DNA of 40,682 nucleotides from a bacterium (GTDB taxonomy: Bacteria; JADJOY01): positions 1 to 40,682 of the forward strand of contig JAXLQJ010000064.1 in the NCBI GenBank assembly GCA_046331705.1. Direction: 5' to 3'. Positions 1 through 10,772 of the stretch are shown in pieces (the stretch's first letter is position 1; every line of letters begins with the position of its first letter). Under the pieces are notes generated by a model. The model did not search any database. It was not told the DNA's origin and saw only the letters and a list, made by a program, of their open reading frames with translations. A program made the position numbers and the translations under genes.

Positions 1-48
1 AGCAAGACGACGAAGCCGGCCAAGAAAGGCACGAAGACCTCGAAGTGA
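1..48 (+). CDS. 3' end of an upstream gene (Lys/Thr-rich tail SKTTKPAKKGTKTSK*)
   Basis: Frame 1 is open from base 1 to TGA at 46-48; the basic low-complexity tail is typical of a protein C-terminus. Confidence 0.45.
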   Translation, partial: SKTTKPAKKGTKTSK

Positions 49-107
49 GCGCGCACGAGCACGTGCTCACGCCAGTCCGATCGGCTCCGATCGGACGAGG
101 AGTCCCC

Positions 108-1271
108 GTGACCGCTACCACGCGTGGATGGGTGTTGCTGGCGATTGTCGTGGCCGCGCTCTCAAGCGCCAGCGTCCTCGCGCGCGCCGCGGAAGACGCG
201 ACCACGGTCACGGTGGACGGCGTCGGCGCGATTCACAGCCCAGAGGGGCGCGCCATGGCACGCGACGCGGCCATCGACGATGCGCTTCGCCGGGCCGTCG
301 AGCAGTCGGTGGGAACATTCATCGACTCCGAGACGCGGGTCGAGAACGCACGCGTCCTCGCCGATCGCATCTATTCGAAGTCCAAGGGATACGTGCGCTC
401 GTACGAGGTGCTGCGGGAGAGCGAGGAGTCGGGAACGATCCGCGTCTCCGTGAAAGCCATCGTCGGGCTCGCCGACATTCAGCACGACCTCGAAGCGGTC
501 TCCCTGCTCGCGCGTCGCGTTCAACAGCCGCGGGTCGTCGTCGTGATCCCGGAAACGCACATCGGCATGCGACCGCCGGATCCCGCTGGCGAGACCGAGA
601 TCGTTCGAAAGCTCATTGCCGGCGGTTTCCGCGTCGTCGATCAAGCACAGGTGCGGCGAATCCGCGACAGCGACTCCGTCAAGCACGCGCTGGCCGGCGA
701 CATCGCCGCGGCGCGCGAGATCGCTCGCCGCTACGACGCCGAGATTCTCGTCATCGGCGAGGCCTTCAGCCAGGGAGCGACTCGGGACCCGCAGCTCGCC
801 AACATGATGTCCTGTCGCGCCCGGCTCGAGGCGCGTGCCATCCGGGCAGACACGGGCGAGATCCTGGCTGCAGACGGCGTGTACGGATCGGGCCTCGATC
901 TGACCGAGATCATCGCGGGCAAGAAGGCGTTGGCCGCCGCTGGATCTCAATGGGTCGATCGCGTGGTGCCGGTGATTCTCGACCGCTGGCAAGCGGAGTC
1001 GAGCGGCTCGAACTCGGTGGAGCTCGTCATCTCCGGGATCTCGTTCGCGCAGCTCGCGAAGTTCAAGAACGTGCTGCGCAATCAGATCCGAGGGATCAAC
1101 GACGTTCGTCAGCGCACCTACGCGGAGAAGGTCGCGACCATCGAGGTCGATCTCGACGGCCCAGCCCAGACGATGGCCGACGAGCTAGCACTACAGAAGT
1201 TCGACGACTTCCGCGTCGAGGTAGCAGGCTTCACCGCAAACCGACTCGAGCTCACCGTCGTCGCGCGTTGA
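108..1271 (+). CDS. Secreted protein with FlgT N-terminal-like domain and CsgG/LPP20-like alpha/beta domains
   Basis: GTG at 108 with GAGGAG upstream; signal peptide; motif ARDAAIDDALRRAVEQSVGTFIDSET typical of FlgT_N-type proteins; host-like codon usage. Confidence 0.7.
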   Translation: MTATTRGWVLLAIVVAALSSASVLARAAEDATTVTVDGVGAIHSPEGRAMARDAAIDDALRRAVEQSVGTFIDSETRVENARVLADRIYSKSKGYVRSYEVLRESEESGTIRVSVKAIVGLADIQHDLEAVSLLARRVQQPRVVVVIPETHIGMRPPDPAGETEIVRKLIAGGFRVVDQAQVRRIRDSDSVKHALAGDIAAAREIARRYDAEILVIGEAFSQGATRDPQLANMMSCRARLEARAIRADTGEILAADGVYGSGLDLTEIIAGKKALAAAGSQWVDRVVPVILDRWQAESSGSNSVELVISGISFAQLAKFKNVLRNQIRGINDVRQRTYAEKVATIEVDLDGPAQTMADELALQKFDDFRVEVAGFTANRLELTVVAR

Positions 1272-1888
1272 TCCCGACGAGACGAGCGTGCTCGCGCGAG
1301 AGATCGACGAGCGGCTCAACGACCACACCGGCGCCACGCCGAGCCCCAACCTTCAGGCTGATTCGACGCCTTACACCGACATCGAAGCCGAGCTGAACCT
1401 GAATCGCGCAGTTGACGGAGCGAATCAGGAGGCATCGTCCTGAACCGACGTTTCGTATCGTTGGCTTAGCGGACCTGACGACCACGAAAACGAAGGGACA
1501 GGACGATGCACCCGCAGCATACGGATTTCGGGCCGTCCGAGTGACTGGCGATCGCCTACACCGACAAGCCCGTCAGTGGCGGGGGCGGTCTCGTCGCCCT
1601 CGTGCGCTACCTCGATCAACTCGGCATTCGCCGGGTGCTGCGCGACGTCCTGCCCGACGGACGCACCTCGCCCAATCGCATCGACGTCGTCGCGATTGTC
1701 CTCACCCTCGGGACCACCGTGCTCACCGGGGGCCGCAGCTTCGCCCACGCGGCGCGGCTCACCGGCGACGAGGTGGTCCGCGCCGCGCTCGGATGCCACC
1801 GGCTGCCCTCCCCCATGACCATCACCGTACGTCCTCGCCCTGGCCCGAGGCGTGATTCGGTGGCGCGGTTCCGCGGAACCGCACTCGA

Positions 1889-3364
1889 TCAGCGCAGGTT
1901 GTGGGGGAGGAGCAGCGCACCGGGCTTGTCGATGGCGCGGTGGGCGGCTTCGGTGAGGTAGTGCTTCGGATCGACGCCGCAGAGCTTCGCCGTCTCCAGG
2001 AGGCTGTAGAAGAGCGCCGCGACCTCGGTGCCGCGCTTCGAACGCGATCCGTAGTGATTCTTCCTGCCCACCACCGGGCCACGCATCGCGCGCTCGATGG
2101 CGTTGTTATCGAGTGGCACGCGCGGATCGTCGAGAAAGAGCGTCAGACCCGACCACATCCCCAGCATGTACTGGATCGCCTTGCGCAGCGCGCTGCCGGG
2201 GCTCCCGCGCTGCATGAGTGCCCAGTCGCAGATCGCCACCACGAGCGGCCGCGAGCGTTCGTGACGGGCCATGCGGATTTGATCCGGTGACGCGCCTGCG
2301 AGCGAGCGCTCCACGGCGTAGAGCTCGCCGATGAGCCGCAGCACCGGCTCGACCTCGATCGGATGCCACTGCTCGATCTCCAGGTACTTCCGCCGCACGT
2401 GCGCCCAGCAATGCGCGAGCTTCATCCCGGGACTCGCGCGGCTGAGCGCTTCGTACGCTCCGTACCCGTCAACCATCGCGATCCCGTGGTAGTCGCCGAG
2501 CACCGTCTTCGCGGCTTCCGTCGAGCGGCTCGCCAGGATGCGATACGCAACGGCGTCTCCGGTCCCGACTCCCCACGCCCACCAACGCTTCGGCGACGAC
2601 TTGGCGCCCATCAACCGCCACCAGGTTTCGTCCGCATGCACCACCGGTGACGCGAGAATCCGCCCGATCAGCGCGTCGTAGCTCGGCGCCAGGTGCTCGG
2701 CGAGTGCCTCGAGCTGATCCCAGAGCGTCTGGCTCGTGATCGTGAGGCCCTCGCGCGCCATCACCCGCACCTGACGCTCGAGCGGCAGGTGGTCGAGGTA
2801 CTTGGCAATCGCCACATCGACGCCGAAGCCGATCGAGTACCGGCCGCCGGGGATGAGCTTGCGGGGTCCGGGCGCCGTGACCACGGCGCCGTTGCACCCG
2901 CAGCGGTACTTCTGGCGACGGTGGCGCACGAGCTTGAACGTGCGCATCTCGACGGTGATCTCGTCGCCGTCCTCGTACTGCCCGGCCCACTCGTCGAGCT
3001 CACCGCCGCACGACGGACAGCCGCGCTCGCCCTCCGGCAGCACGTGCACCTGCTCCTCGATCGGAAGCGACTGTTGCCGCGGGCCGTGGCCGCGAGCTGG
3101 ATCGGTGGGCTCATCCGTAGCGCTGCGCGAGGACCGCCGACGCTCGGAGGAATCGCCGAACGCGCGCTGCTCGAGCTGCGCGACCTGTTGCTCAAGCCGA
3201 CCGATCTCGCTCAGGAAGACGAGCTGTGCGTCCTCAGCTTTCGCCTCGGCGATCCGGCGCTGGATCGCTTGCAGCCGCTCCGCGAGGATCTCGATCTGGC
3301 GCTGCTGCAACACCACGATCTGTCGCAGCGTGTCGGCGTCGTGGATGTGCTCGAGAGGGCGCAT
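1889..3364 (-). CDS. tnpC: IS66 DDE transposase TnpC
   Basis: N-terminal coiled coil, FGDSSER, CPSCGG Zn ribbon, HADET, DGY, CWAHVRRK, DNNAIERAMR motifs; ATG at 3364. Confidence 0.93.
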   Translation of the reverse strand: MRPLEHIHDADTLRQIVVLQQRQIEILAERLQAIQRRIAEAKAEDAQLVFLSEIGRLEQQVAQLEQRAFGDSSERRRSSRSATDEPTDPARGHGPRQQSLPIEEQVHVLPEGERGCPSCGGELDEWAGQYEDGDEITVEMRTFKLVRHRRQKYRCGCNGAVVTAPGPRKLIPGGRYSIGFGVDVAIAKYLDHLPLERQVRVMAREGLTITSQTLWDQLEALAEHLAPSYDALIGRILASPVVHADETWWRLMGAKSSPKRWWAWGVGTGDAVAYRILASRSTEAAKTVLGDYHGIAMVDGYGAYEALSRASPGMKLAHCWAHVRRKYLEIEQWHPIEVEPVLRLIGELYAVERSLAGASPDQIRMARHERSRPLVVAICDWALMQRGSPGSALRKAIQYMLGMWSGLTLFLDDPRVPLDNNAIERAMRGPVVGRKNHYGSRSKRGTEVAALFYSLLETAKLCGVDPKHYLTEAAHRAIDKPGALLLPHNLR

Positions 3365-3380
3365 GGCGGCGCGTTTTCTC

Positions 3381-3761
3381 TCACAACGACGCACCGATCA
3401 CAAGATCCTTTTCACTCAAAATCGAAGGTGAAAGCGAGCGCCGTCCGATCAGGTCGCTGCCTTCGAGAAAGAGCTGCAATTCGGTGGCGGTGAGCACCAG
3501 GCTCGCACCCGTTCCGCGGCGCGCGAGGTCGGCGAATCGGCCCTTCTCGAGTCGCTTCGCGTAGAGGCAGAGCCCCGTCCCGTCCCAGAGCAGCACCTTG
3601 GCGCGCTTCCGCGTGCGATTCGTGAAGAGGTAGAGCTCGCCACTCAGCGGATCGCGATGCAGCACCTGGCGCACGAGGGCGGAGAGCCCCTCGAAGCCCT
3701 TGCGCATGTCGACCGGCGCCGTGCAGGCAAGCACATGGAGCTGACGACTGGCTCCGATCAC
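3381..3761 (-). CDS. tnpB: IS66 accessory protein TnpB
   Basis: PVDMRKGFEGL, LYLFTNR, KVLLWDGTG..LYAKRLEKGRF motifs; GTGA overlap with the tnpA stop. Confidence 0.93.
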   Translation of the reverse strand: MIGASRQLHVLACTAPVDMRKGFEGLSALVRQVLHRDPLSGELYLFTNRTRKRAKVLLWDGTGLCLYAKRLEKGRFADLARRGTGASLVLTATELQLFLEGSDLIGRRSLSPSILSEKDLVIGASL

Positions 3762-4126
3762 GCGAGCACACGGATCAACGCGACGAGTTGCTCCACGTCG
3801 AGCCCCTCGACGCGGTGGCCACTGGCCAGAACGAGCACGGGTCGTTCCGATCGCAGCGCGGGAGCGACCTCCACGGGCGCCGACGCGGTCGCGATCGTGA
3901 CCGGCCGGATCGACGGCGATGCGGTCCGCACCCAGTGAACGAGCGTTTGCTCCGTCACCCCGAGCTCCAGAGCCACCCGGCGAGGGCAGCGTCCGACGCT
4001 GCGTTGCTCGTGCACGTAGGCGACCACGGCCCGCCGCAGCGAGATCGGGTACCGCCTGGTCTAGAACGGCTCGTGGGCTTGGACCGCAGCGATCTCACGC
4101 CGCAAACGATCGGATCGGTTCATCAT
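3758..4126 (-). pseudogene. tnpA: IS66 TnpA (HTH) with an in-frame amber codon
   Basis: ATG at 4126 with GGAGG RBS; in-frame TAG at 4063-4061; continues RRYPISLRRAVV...VALELGVTEQTLVHW...LVLASGHRVEGL. Confidence 0.75.
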
Positions 4127-4992
4127 CCGCACCTCCTCGGTGGAGGTGCAAGGATCAACCGATCCGATCAGCCCCGCCAGACGGGCCAGGGCGAGGACTT
4201 ACCCATCACCCGCTACTTCGGTGGGTTTCGTCAGAGCCAAGTCGAAGCGCTCGCGAGTGGGTTGCGGGGGTTGCTCCTCGTACCCCGATTCCACGGCTAC
4301 ACCCTCGGCATGGTCCTCGATCTCGACTCCACCGTCCTCGAACGCTTCGGCCACCGAGATGGCAGCCTCAAAGGCCACACCCCCCGCAAGCACCGCCGAC
4401 CCTCGCATCACCCGATCCTGGCCATGCTCGCCGACGTGCGCTGGATCGTGCATGCGTGGCTGCGCAGTGGAAACACCGGCGCCGCCCGCGGCGTCCGCGC
4501 GTCTCTCGCCGAAACGCTGGCGCGCTTGCCCGAGCGTATGCGGCTCGATGCGGTGCGCGCCGATTCGGGGGTCTGATCGGCGACTGTTGCGGAGCTTCGC
4601 GGACCGCCGCGTGAGTAACCGCCCGTCGTGACTTGAACCTCCCCGGTTCCCGTGGACCCCCCAACAGGCGCGGGAATGCGCTCGGAGGCTGGGATGGGAC
4701 GGAGACACCGAAGGTCGTTCTGACCGGAGTTCACTGGGAGCCGACGCACCGATTGCTGGGGCAACGCCGTAGTCGAGAGCTTCTTCGCGACGCTGCGCAC
4801 GGGGCTCCTCGATCGTGAGCGCTAAGCGACGCGGGCCGAGGCCGTCGCTTCGGTCGGAGAGCGCATCGACCGGCTCTACAACCCGCGGCGGCAGCATTCC
4901 CGCCTGGGTGTTAGCGGCGACGAGAAACCGCGGGAATCTGGTGATGAGCGCGGTTCTCCTCGATCGGTGATGGCCGACGGTGTCGGCCGCGC

Positions 4993-5743
4993 TCAGCGGT
5001 GGGTCGACTTGCTGGGTTTCTCGGGGGCTTCGCGCTCTTCTCGCGGCGCGCCCTTGGCCCTTTGAACCGGTAGGACCTCTGCCTTCGATGGCGACGATTC
5101 GGCGCGGTGGATGAGCCGGTCGACGAGGGTGACGACGCAGCTCGCGTTGGGGAAGACCTCGTTCCACTCCGAGAACGGCTTGTTGGTGGTCACGATCGTC
5201 GAGCGTTCCTCGTAGCGGCGGGTCACGATCTCGAAGAGCAGATCGGCGTGGCGGTGGGCGTAGCTCAGGTAGCCGACCTCGTCGATCACGAGCAGCGCCG
5301 GCCGGCAGTACCGAGCGATGCGGTTGCGCAGCGTCGCGGCGCTGTCCTGGGCGGCGAGGTCGTTGAGCATCTCGCTGGCCGAGACGCAACGCACGGTGTG
5401 GCCGCGTAGCAGCGCCTGGTGGGCGAGATTCTTGGCGATCGTGGTCTTGCCGACGCTGTTCGGTCCGACGAGCACGACGTTGGCGCGCTCTTCCAGAAAC
5501 TGGAGCGTGAAGAGCTCCTCGACGAGTGCCCGGTCGATCTTGGTGGGCCACGTCCAGTCGAAGTCGGCCATCGGCTTGAAGCGCTTGAGCTTCGCGTTTT
5601 GGATGCGCCGCTCCAGGCTTCGGCGCTGGCGCTCGTCCTCCTCGACCGCGATCAGCTCGGCCAGCCACGCGGCGTCGGCGAGCTCGTCCCAACGCGCGAG
5701 CACGCCCCACAGGCCGAGGCGGTAGGCGCGTTCGCGAAGCGAG

Positions 5744-5763
<20 letters not shown>
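4993..5763 (-). CDS. istB: IS21 IstB AAA+ ATPase (last ~35 codons frameshifted)
   Basis: Walker [29 protein letters not shown] motifs; the expected IVAIEGESYR tail is spread over several frames at ~5040-5100. Confidence 0.9.
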
Positions 5764-7248
<1,485 letters not shown>

Positions 7249-7252
<4 letters not shown>

Positions 7253-7614
7253 CGGCCGTGGCCTCCTTCGAGGCCGCGCAGCCGGCTGCAATCACCGAGT
7301 CCGTCGATTCGGTCTTGGTGCTCGGGGGGTGGAACGAAGCGGATGGTGACGAGGGGGTTGGTGAGCGGCCACAGGTCGAGCCCGAAGAAGGTGTCGTCGT
7401 AGCCACCCGGATCCGGCTCGTCCGCAGAAATGACAATGACGATGGGCTCGCCACTCCAGAGCGCGAGCCCCTCCACCAGCGCCACCAGCGCCACCAGCGC
7501 TCGGGGGTGATGCGTCGGGGGAAGTCGGGCCTTGAGGAGGTCGCTGCCCTCCTCGTCCGTCACCAAGATCGCGATCTCCGGGGCCGCAAGCCCCACCGCC
7601 ACTCTCCACGTCAT
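7249..7614 (-). CDS. IS21-associated hypothetical protein (121 aa, [20 protein letters not shown])
   Basis: GGAGG RBS upstream of ATG 7614; ATGA translational coupling to istA; lies inside the IS21 IRs. Confidence 0.7.
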
Positions 7615-7978
7615 GAACGTCCTCCACGCTCGCGCTGCGGGCCGCGACGCGCGGCCGATCGACGAGCGCCGCGAGTGCGGGGACGGCGGAGGTCGGACGT
7701 GGAGCGTGATGCGTCATCTTTCGCTCGCGCCGGATGAGGTAGCGCTGCTGGCGGACGGCGTGGCGGACGCGGCCGCGCTCGGTGCGCTGGTAGGCGGCGC
7801 CGGCGCGACGGAGACACTCGCGCCGGGCCACGGCGGCGCAGCCCTCGGCGCAGTAGCGCTGCCCGCGATCACACGGGGAGCAGATGACGACCGGGCGGTG
7901 ACAGCGCGCGCAGGCGTAGAGCCGATCCGAGGCGGGAATCGCCGCCCTCCAGCCCGGTCGGGCTGGACGCGGCGGCAC
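7292..7978 (-). CDS. IS21-associated Cys-rich, basic putative Zn-finger nucleic-acid-binding protein
   Basis: CARC-x6-CSPC-x6-C-x3-C, an Arg-rich helix and a C-terminal CHFCGR motif; inside the IS21; start uncertain; 3' half overlaps the 7249-7614 ORF. Confidence 0.6.
   Translation of the reverse strand: MPPRPARPGWRAAIPASDRLYACARCHRPVVICSPCDRGQRYCAEGCAAVARRECLRRAGAAYQRTERGRVRHAVRQQRYLIRRERKMTHHAPRPTSAVPALAALVDRPRVAARSASVEDVHDVESGGGACGPGDRDLGDGRGGQRPPQGPTSPDASPPSAGGAGGAGGGARALEWRAHRHCHFCGRAGSGWLRRHLLRARPVAAHQPPRHHPLRSTPRAPRPNRRTR
7473..7499. repeat. 9-bp tandem repeat CCACCAGCG x3
   Basis: Directly visible; frame-preserving in both overlapping ORFs. Confidence 0.85.
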
Positions 7979-8532
7979 CCCGATGCGACGCTCGCGGCGG
8001 GATCTCGCAGCCGGCTAGCCGCGACTCCCACGAAGGCTCGGGTGGCTAGACCCGGGCCTTCACTCCTCCCGGAAACCCCGCCGAGATAGCACGTCGACGC
8101 TCGGTCGAGCGCCGCTCAGGAACGAAGCACGCTGGCGCTCCGGTGCATCGAATCCCGCTCCACCGAAACGACGCTCTTCACCGGAATCCCGCGCTTCCTC
8201 GGCGCCATCAACACTGGGCTACGTGAGCCCGCTCGAGAACGAGCTGCGCGCCGAGCTCGCGAATCGAGGGGCGCTGGCCGCTGCCAAGCATGAATCGGGC
8301 GATGTGCCACTCGAAGGCGACCTCGCCCAATGGCTCCAGAGCGCCGCCACCGAGGAGGTCGGCTAACCTCGGCATTCTCCCCGGAGACCGTTCCCTCGCG
8401 CCCGGTGGAGAGCCGGAGCAGCCCGACCGCCGCGCACTGAACCATGAACGCAACCGAGCGACACTCGCACCGCGCCTGCGGCACAATCACAGGGCCCACG
8501 AAATCGGGCGAGCATTACTCGACCAATAGCAC

Positions 8533-10074
8533 TCACTGAGGAGCCGGCGGCATTTTTCTTTCGGGATTCGCGACTTCTCTGCGCCAACTCGAGTCTCGAA
8601 CATACACGCTAATGCGGCATCGCCGGAAAGAACAGTCCCGAAACAGCCGCCAGCCTACTGGTATGCCCGCTCCGATATCAATCGAGCCCTCGCCGCTACC
8701 GCTCGGGTCTAGCACTAGCGTGTCAACCATGCCTGCAATCTCACCATTGCGCCATGCTTGCAGGTCGACTCTCGGCAGGGGTCGTATGCGCGGGTCACCA
8801 TAGAGGTAATACTCATCACCAATCTGAGCCGCACGACCAGGCTCAAGGCCAGTCAAACATTGCCGAGAAACAACACACCGCGTGGTATTGCGCGCAAGAC
8901 CTGCCCCAGCATCGATTGTAGCAAGAATTGCGCCCACCACTGCCCCGCTCTTGATCAACATCCCGAACATATATTGCGCCACCGGTCGCCGCCGTGGTTC
9001 TAAAATAAGAAGCTCTGCCCACAAGAGGCACTCAATTGGCGCAACGATGTACAGATAGCGATGATCGTCGTCTGCCAACGGCGACAGGACTAATACAGGC
9101 AAGAGCGTAGCAACGAAGACAACGGACTGGCGGTCGCGGCGCACGAGCGCACGGGCCATTGCAACAATAAGCAACGGACAGAATGTCGAGAATTTTGACA
9201 GCCACCAATGAAGCATGACCACGGGCGCGGCCCCAAAAGCGTCTAAAAAACTATGAGGCACCCACCCGACCGGAGGGTGCAGCCCTGCCAGCTCGTATGC
9301 ATTTACCCATGTGACCGAGGCTTGCTCATTGTGCAGCGCAGTTCCAACGACAATTAAATTTGGAATGAGAACCGGAGATACGCCAAGCAACAGACCCGAC
9401 ACCATGAAGCAGCAAGAGCGCTTCCAGTTGGCGGATCCTAAGAGCGCAGAAAGCGCGATTCCCGGGAAGAGTGCTAGCGCAGAAACCTTAACAGATCCGG
9501 CCAAACCGATCAATAAACTTGGCAAGAAAGTTAAGCGCCTCTCCCGCTTCATTGCAAGCAAGAGCCCGATCGCGGCGATAAGTCCGGCGAGCGGGTCATG
9601 GCTCGGCAGAATCACAGTATGGATGTAAAAGACAGCGAAAAGAACACAAGAAACTATTCCCGTTCCTCGGCTTGCGTGCTCGGTGCCAAATTTACGAGTG
9701 ATGATTAGGCCAAGCACAAAGCACACAAGAGCGACAAGCTTGGGCAAGAAGAGGTATCCACCAAAGACGTCTCGAGATATCACAAGCAAGAGAGTATATG
9801 GCCATTGGACGGTAGGCGCGACCCAGGTTGTGAGTTGAGATATATTGAATCTCTCCGCGTGTGCCCAGCTAAGCGGGAAGCTCAACGCTCTGCCGTGGCA
9901 TGGAAGATTGACACAGCAAATACAAGCAACACCGCCAAGAAGCGCCACCTGCAAGGCGTTCTCGATGCGCTCGGCGCGGGAGCCTAATGTGGGGCCGTTG
10001 TCAGCCATGGCCTTTCGTGAGGAGCTCATCGAGTCTCCGCTCGGCAAGAGCGATGCGCGTGCGATGCAGCGCAA
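8533..10074 (-). CDS. Low-GC polytopic membrane protein, probable GT-C fold glycosyltransferase (ArnT/PMT-like)
   Basis: About 10 hydrophobic segments; P.Y early loop, D after a TM, GLAGSVK and HRY motifs reminiscent of GT-C; markedly lower GC than flanks; true start may be ATG 10029 or 10008. Confidence 0.6.
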   Translation of the reverse strand: MRCIARASLLPSGDSMSSSRKAMADNGPTLGSRAERIENALQVALLGGVACICCVNLPCHGRALSFPLSWAHAERFNISQLTTWVAPTVQWPYTLLLVISRDVFGGYLFLPKLVALVCFVLGLIITRKFGTEHASRGTGIVSCVLFAVFYIHTVILPSHDPLAGLIAAIGLLLAMKRERRLTFLPSLLIGLAGSVKVSALALFPGIALSALLGSANWKRSCCFMVSGLLLGVSPVLIPNLIVVGTALHNEQASVTWVNAYELAGLHPPVGWVPHSFLDAFGAAPVVMLHWWLSKFSTFCPLLIVAMARALVRRDRQSVVFVATLLPVLVLSPLADDDHRYLYIVAPIECLLWAELLILEPRRRPVAQYMFGMLIKSGAVVGAILATIDAGAGLARNTTRCVVSRQCLTGLEPGRAAQIGDEYYLYGDPRIRPLPRVDLQAWRNGEIAGMVDTLVLDPSGSGEGSIDIGAGIPVGWRLFRDCSFRRCRISVYVRDSSWRREVANPERKMPPAPQ

Positions 10075-10160
10075 TTCGAGCTAAAGAGCGAGGCGAGCCT
10101 CACATGTCACGCATCGCAAGCGCGACATGACCGCGAGGCATTGAGAGCAACTTCAGAGCC

Positions 10161-10505
10161 TTACGGCTCATCCGGCGCTTCTTCGTCGAGGATGTTCGCC
10201 ACCGTTTCGCGCTCCCAACGCGCCAACAGCTCGCCGATTTCGCGGTAGTTGCGGAGCGCACGCTCGATCAGCCGCGCCTGCGCCGGGCTCACGACGTGAT
10301 GTCGGAGCTTTCCGTTTACTCGCCGCGTCCATTCGTAGTATGGGCCGTGCCTTGAGTCGACGTCCGTGGCGCAGGCACAGTTCGGACGGCCACACACCTT
10401 CGTCCGGACGTGCAGCGTCCCCGACGACGCATAGTCTTTCGCCACAATCGCCCGACGCAGCGATCGCGTCCGGCGGCGAATGTTCGTGCGGGGATCGCGG
10501 GACAT
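10161..10505 (-). CDS. DUF6788-like small Zn-binding protein, transposase-associated
   Basis: GTL...CGRPNCAC...HGPYYEWTR..NGK motif. Confidence 0.75.
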   Translation of the reverse strand: MSRDPRTNIRRRTRSLRRAIVAKDYASSGTLHVRTKVCGRPNCACATDVDSRHGPYYEWTRRVNGKLRHHVVSPAQARLIERALRNYREIGELLARWERETVANILDEEAPDEP

Positions 10506-10507
10506 GG

Positions 10508-10560
10508 TTGACAGCGGTCCAGTCTGGCGATAATATAATCGCCAGATGACGGTTGGTCAA
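10508..10560. promoter_or_regulatory. Symmetric overlapping divergent sigma70-type promoters with a palindromic operator
   Basis: Plus strand TTGACA(10508-13)-17 nt-TAATAT(10531-36); minus strand TTGACC(10560-55)-17 nt-TATATT(10537-32); perfect IR TCTGGCGAT(10523-31)/ATCGCCAGA(10538-46) around the shared -10. Confidence 0.75.
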
Positions 10561-10772
10561 GCGAGCCTGAGCGCACCCCAAGCCCTGGCGCTGCACACCG
10601 AGCCGATCCTTTGCCGCTCATCAATTTCGTTCTTGCCCGCCTCGACCTCGATCGACACCTCAAGCGCTTCCTCCCCACCCGCGACTTCCGCGTTCTGATC
10701 CTCACCCGGTTTAGTGGACACCGTGATTACGCCGCCAATGCGGCTTGCGTGTCGTCCAGCTCGCTCCATGAA

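Larger units (their letters stand above)
1827..4202 (-). mobile_element. IS66-family insertion sequence (2376 bp)
   Basis: 21-bp terminal IRs with one mismatch (GTACGTCCTCGCCCTGGCCCG at 1827-1847; GTAAGTCCTCGCCCTGGCCCG as reverse complement of 4182-4202); 8-bp TSD CCATCACC at 1819-1826 and 4203-4210; tnpA-tnpB-tnpC layout. Confidence 0.96.
1506..4576 (+). pseudogene. IS1380-family (DDE_Tnp_1_4) transposase pseudogene, split by IS66
   Basis: 5' part 1506-1826 has an in-frame TGA at 1542-1544. Removing the IS66 and one TSD rejoins ...PSPMTIT/RYFGGFR... in frame. Motifs LDLDSTV, HHPIL, LRSGN, RADSG; truncated around 4576-4633. Confidence 0.85.

Noticed and set aside
1272..1505. Startless acidic reading frame and the CCTGAATCGC/GCGAATCAGG inverted repeat (~1398-1429) as an IS1380 left end
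   Set aside because: Plausible, but no matching right end or TSD is available to confirm it
1542..4063. Stop-codon recoding suggested by in-frame TGA (1542) and TAG (4063)
   Set aside because: Both lie in IS genes, and TGA and TAG terminate ordinary genes throughout the window
4993..5105. Programmed frameshift in the istB tail
   Set aside because: Several small indels are needed to restore IVAIEGESYR; there is no slippery motif, so error or decay is more likely
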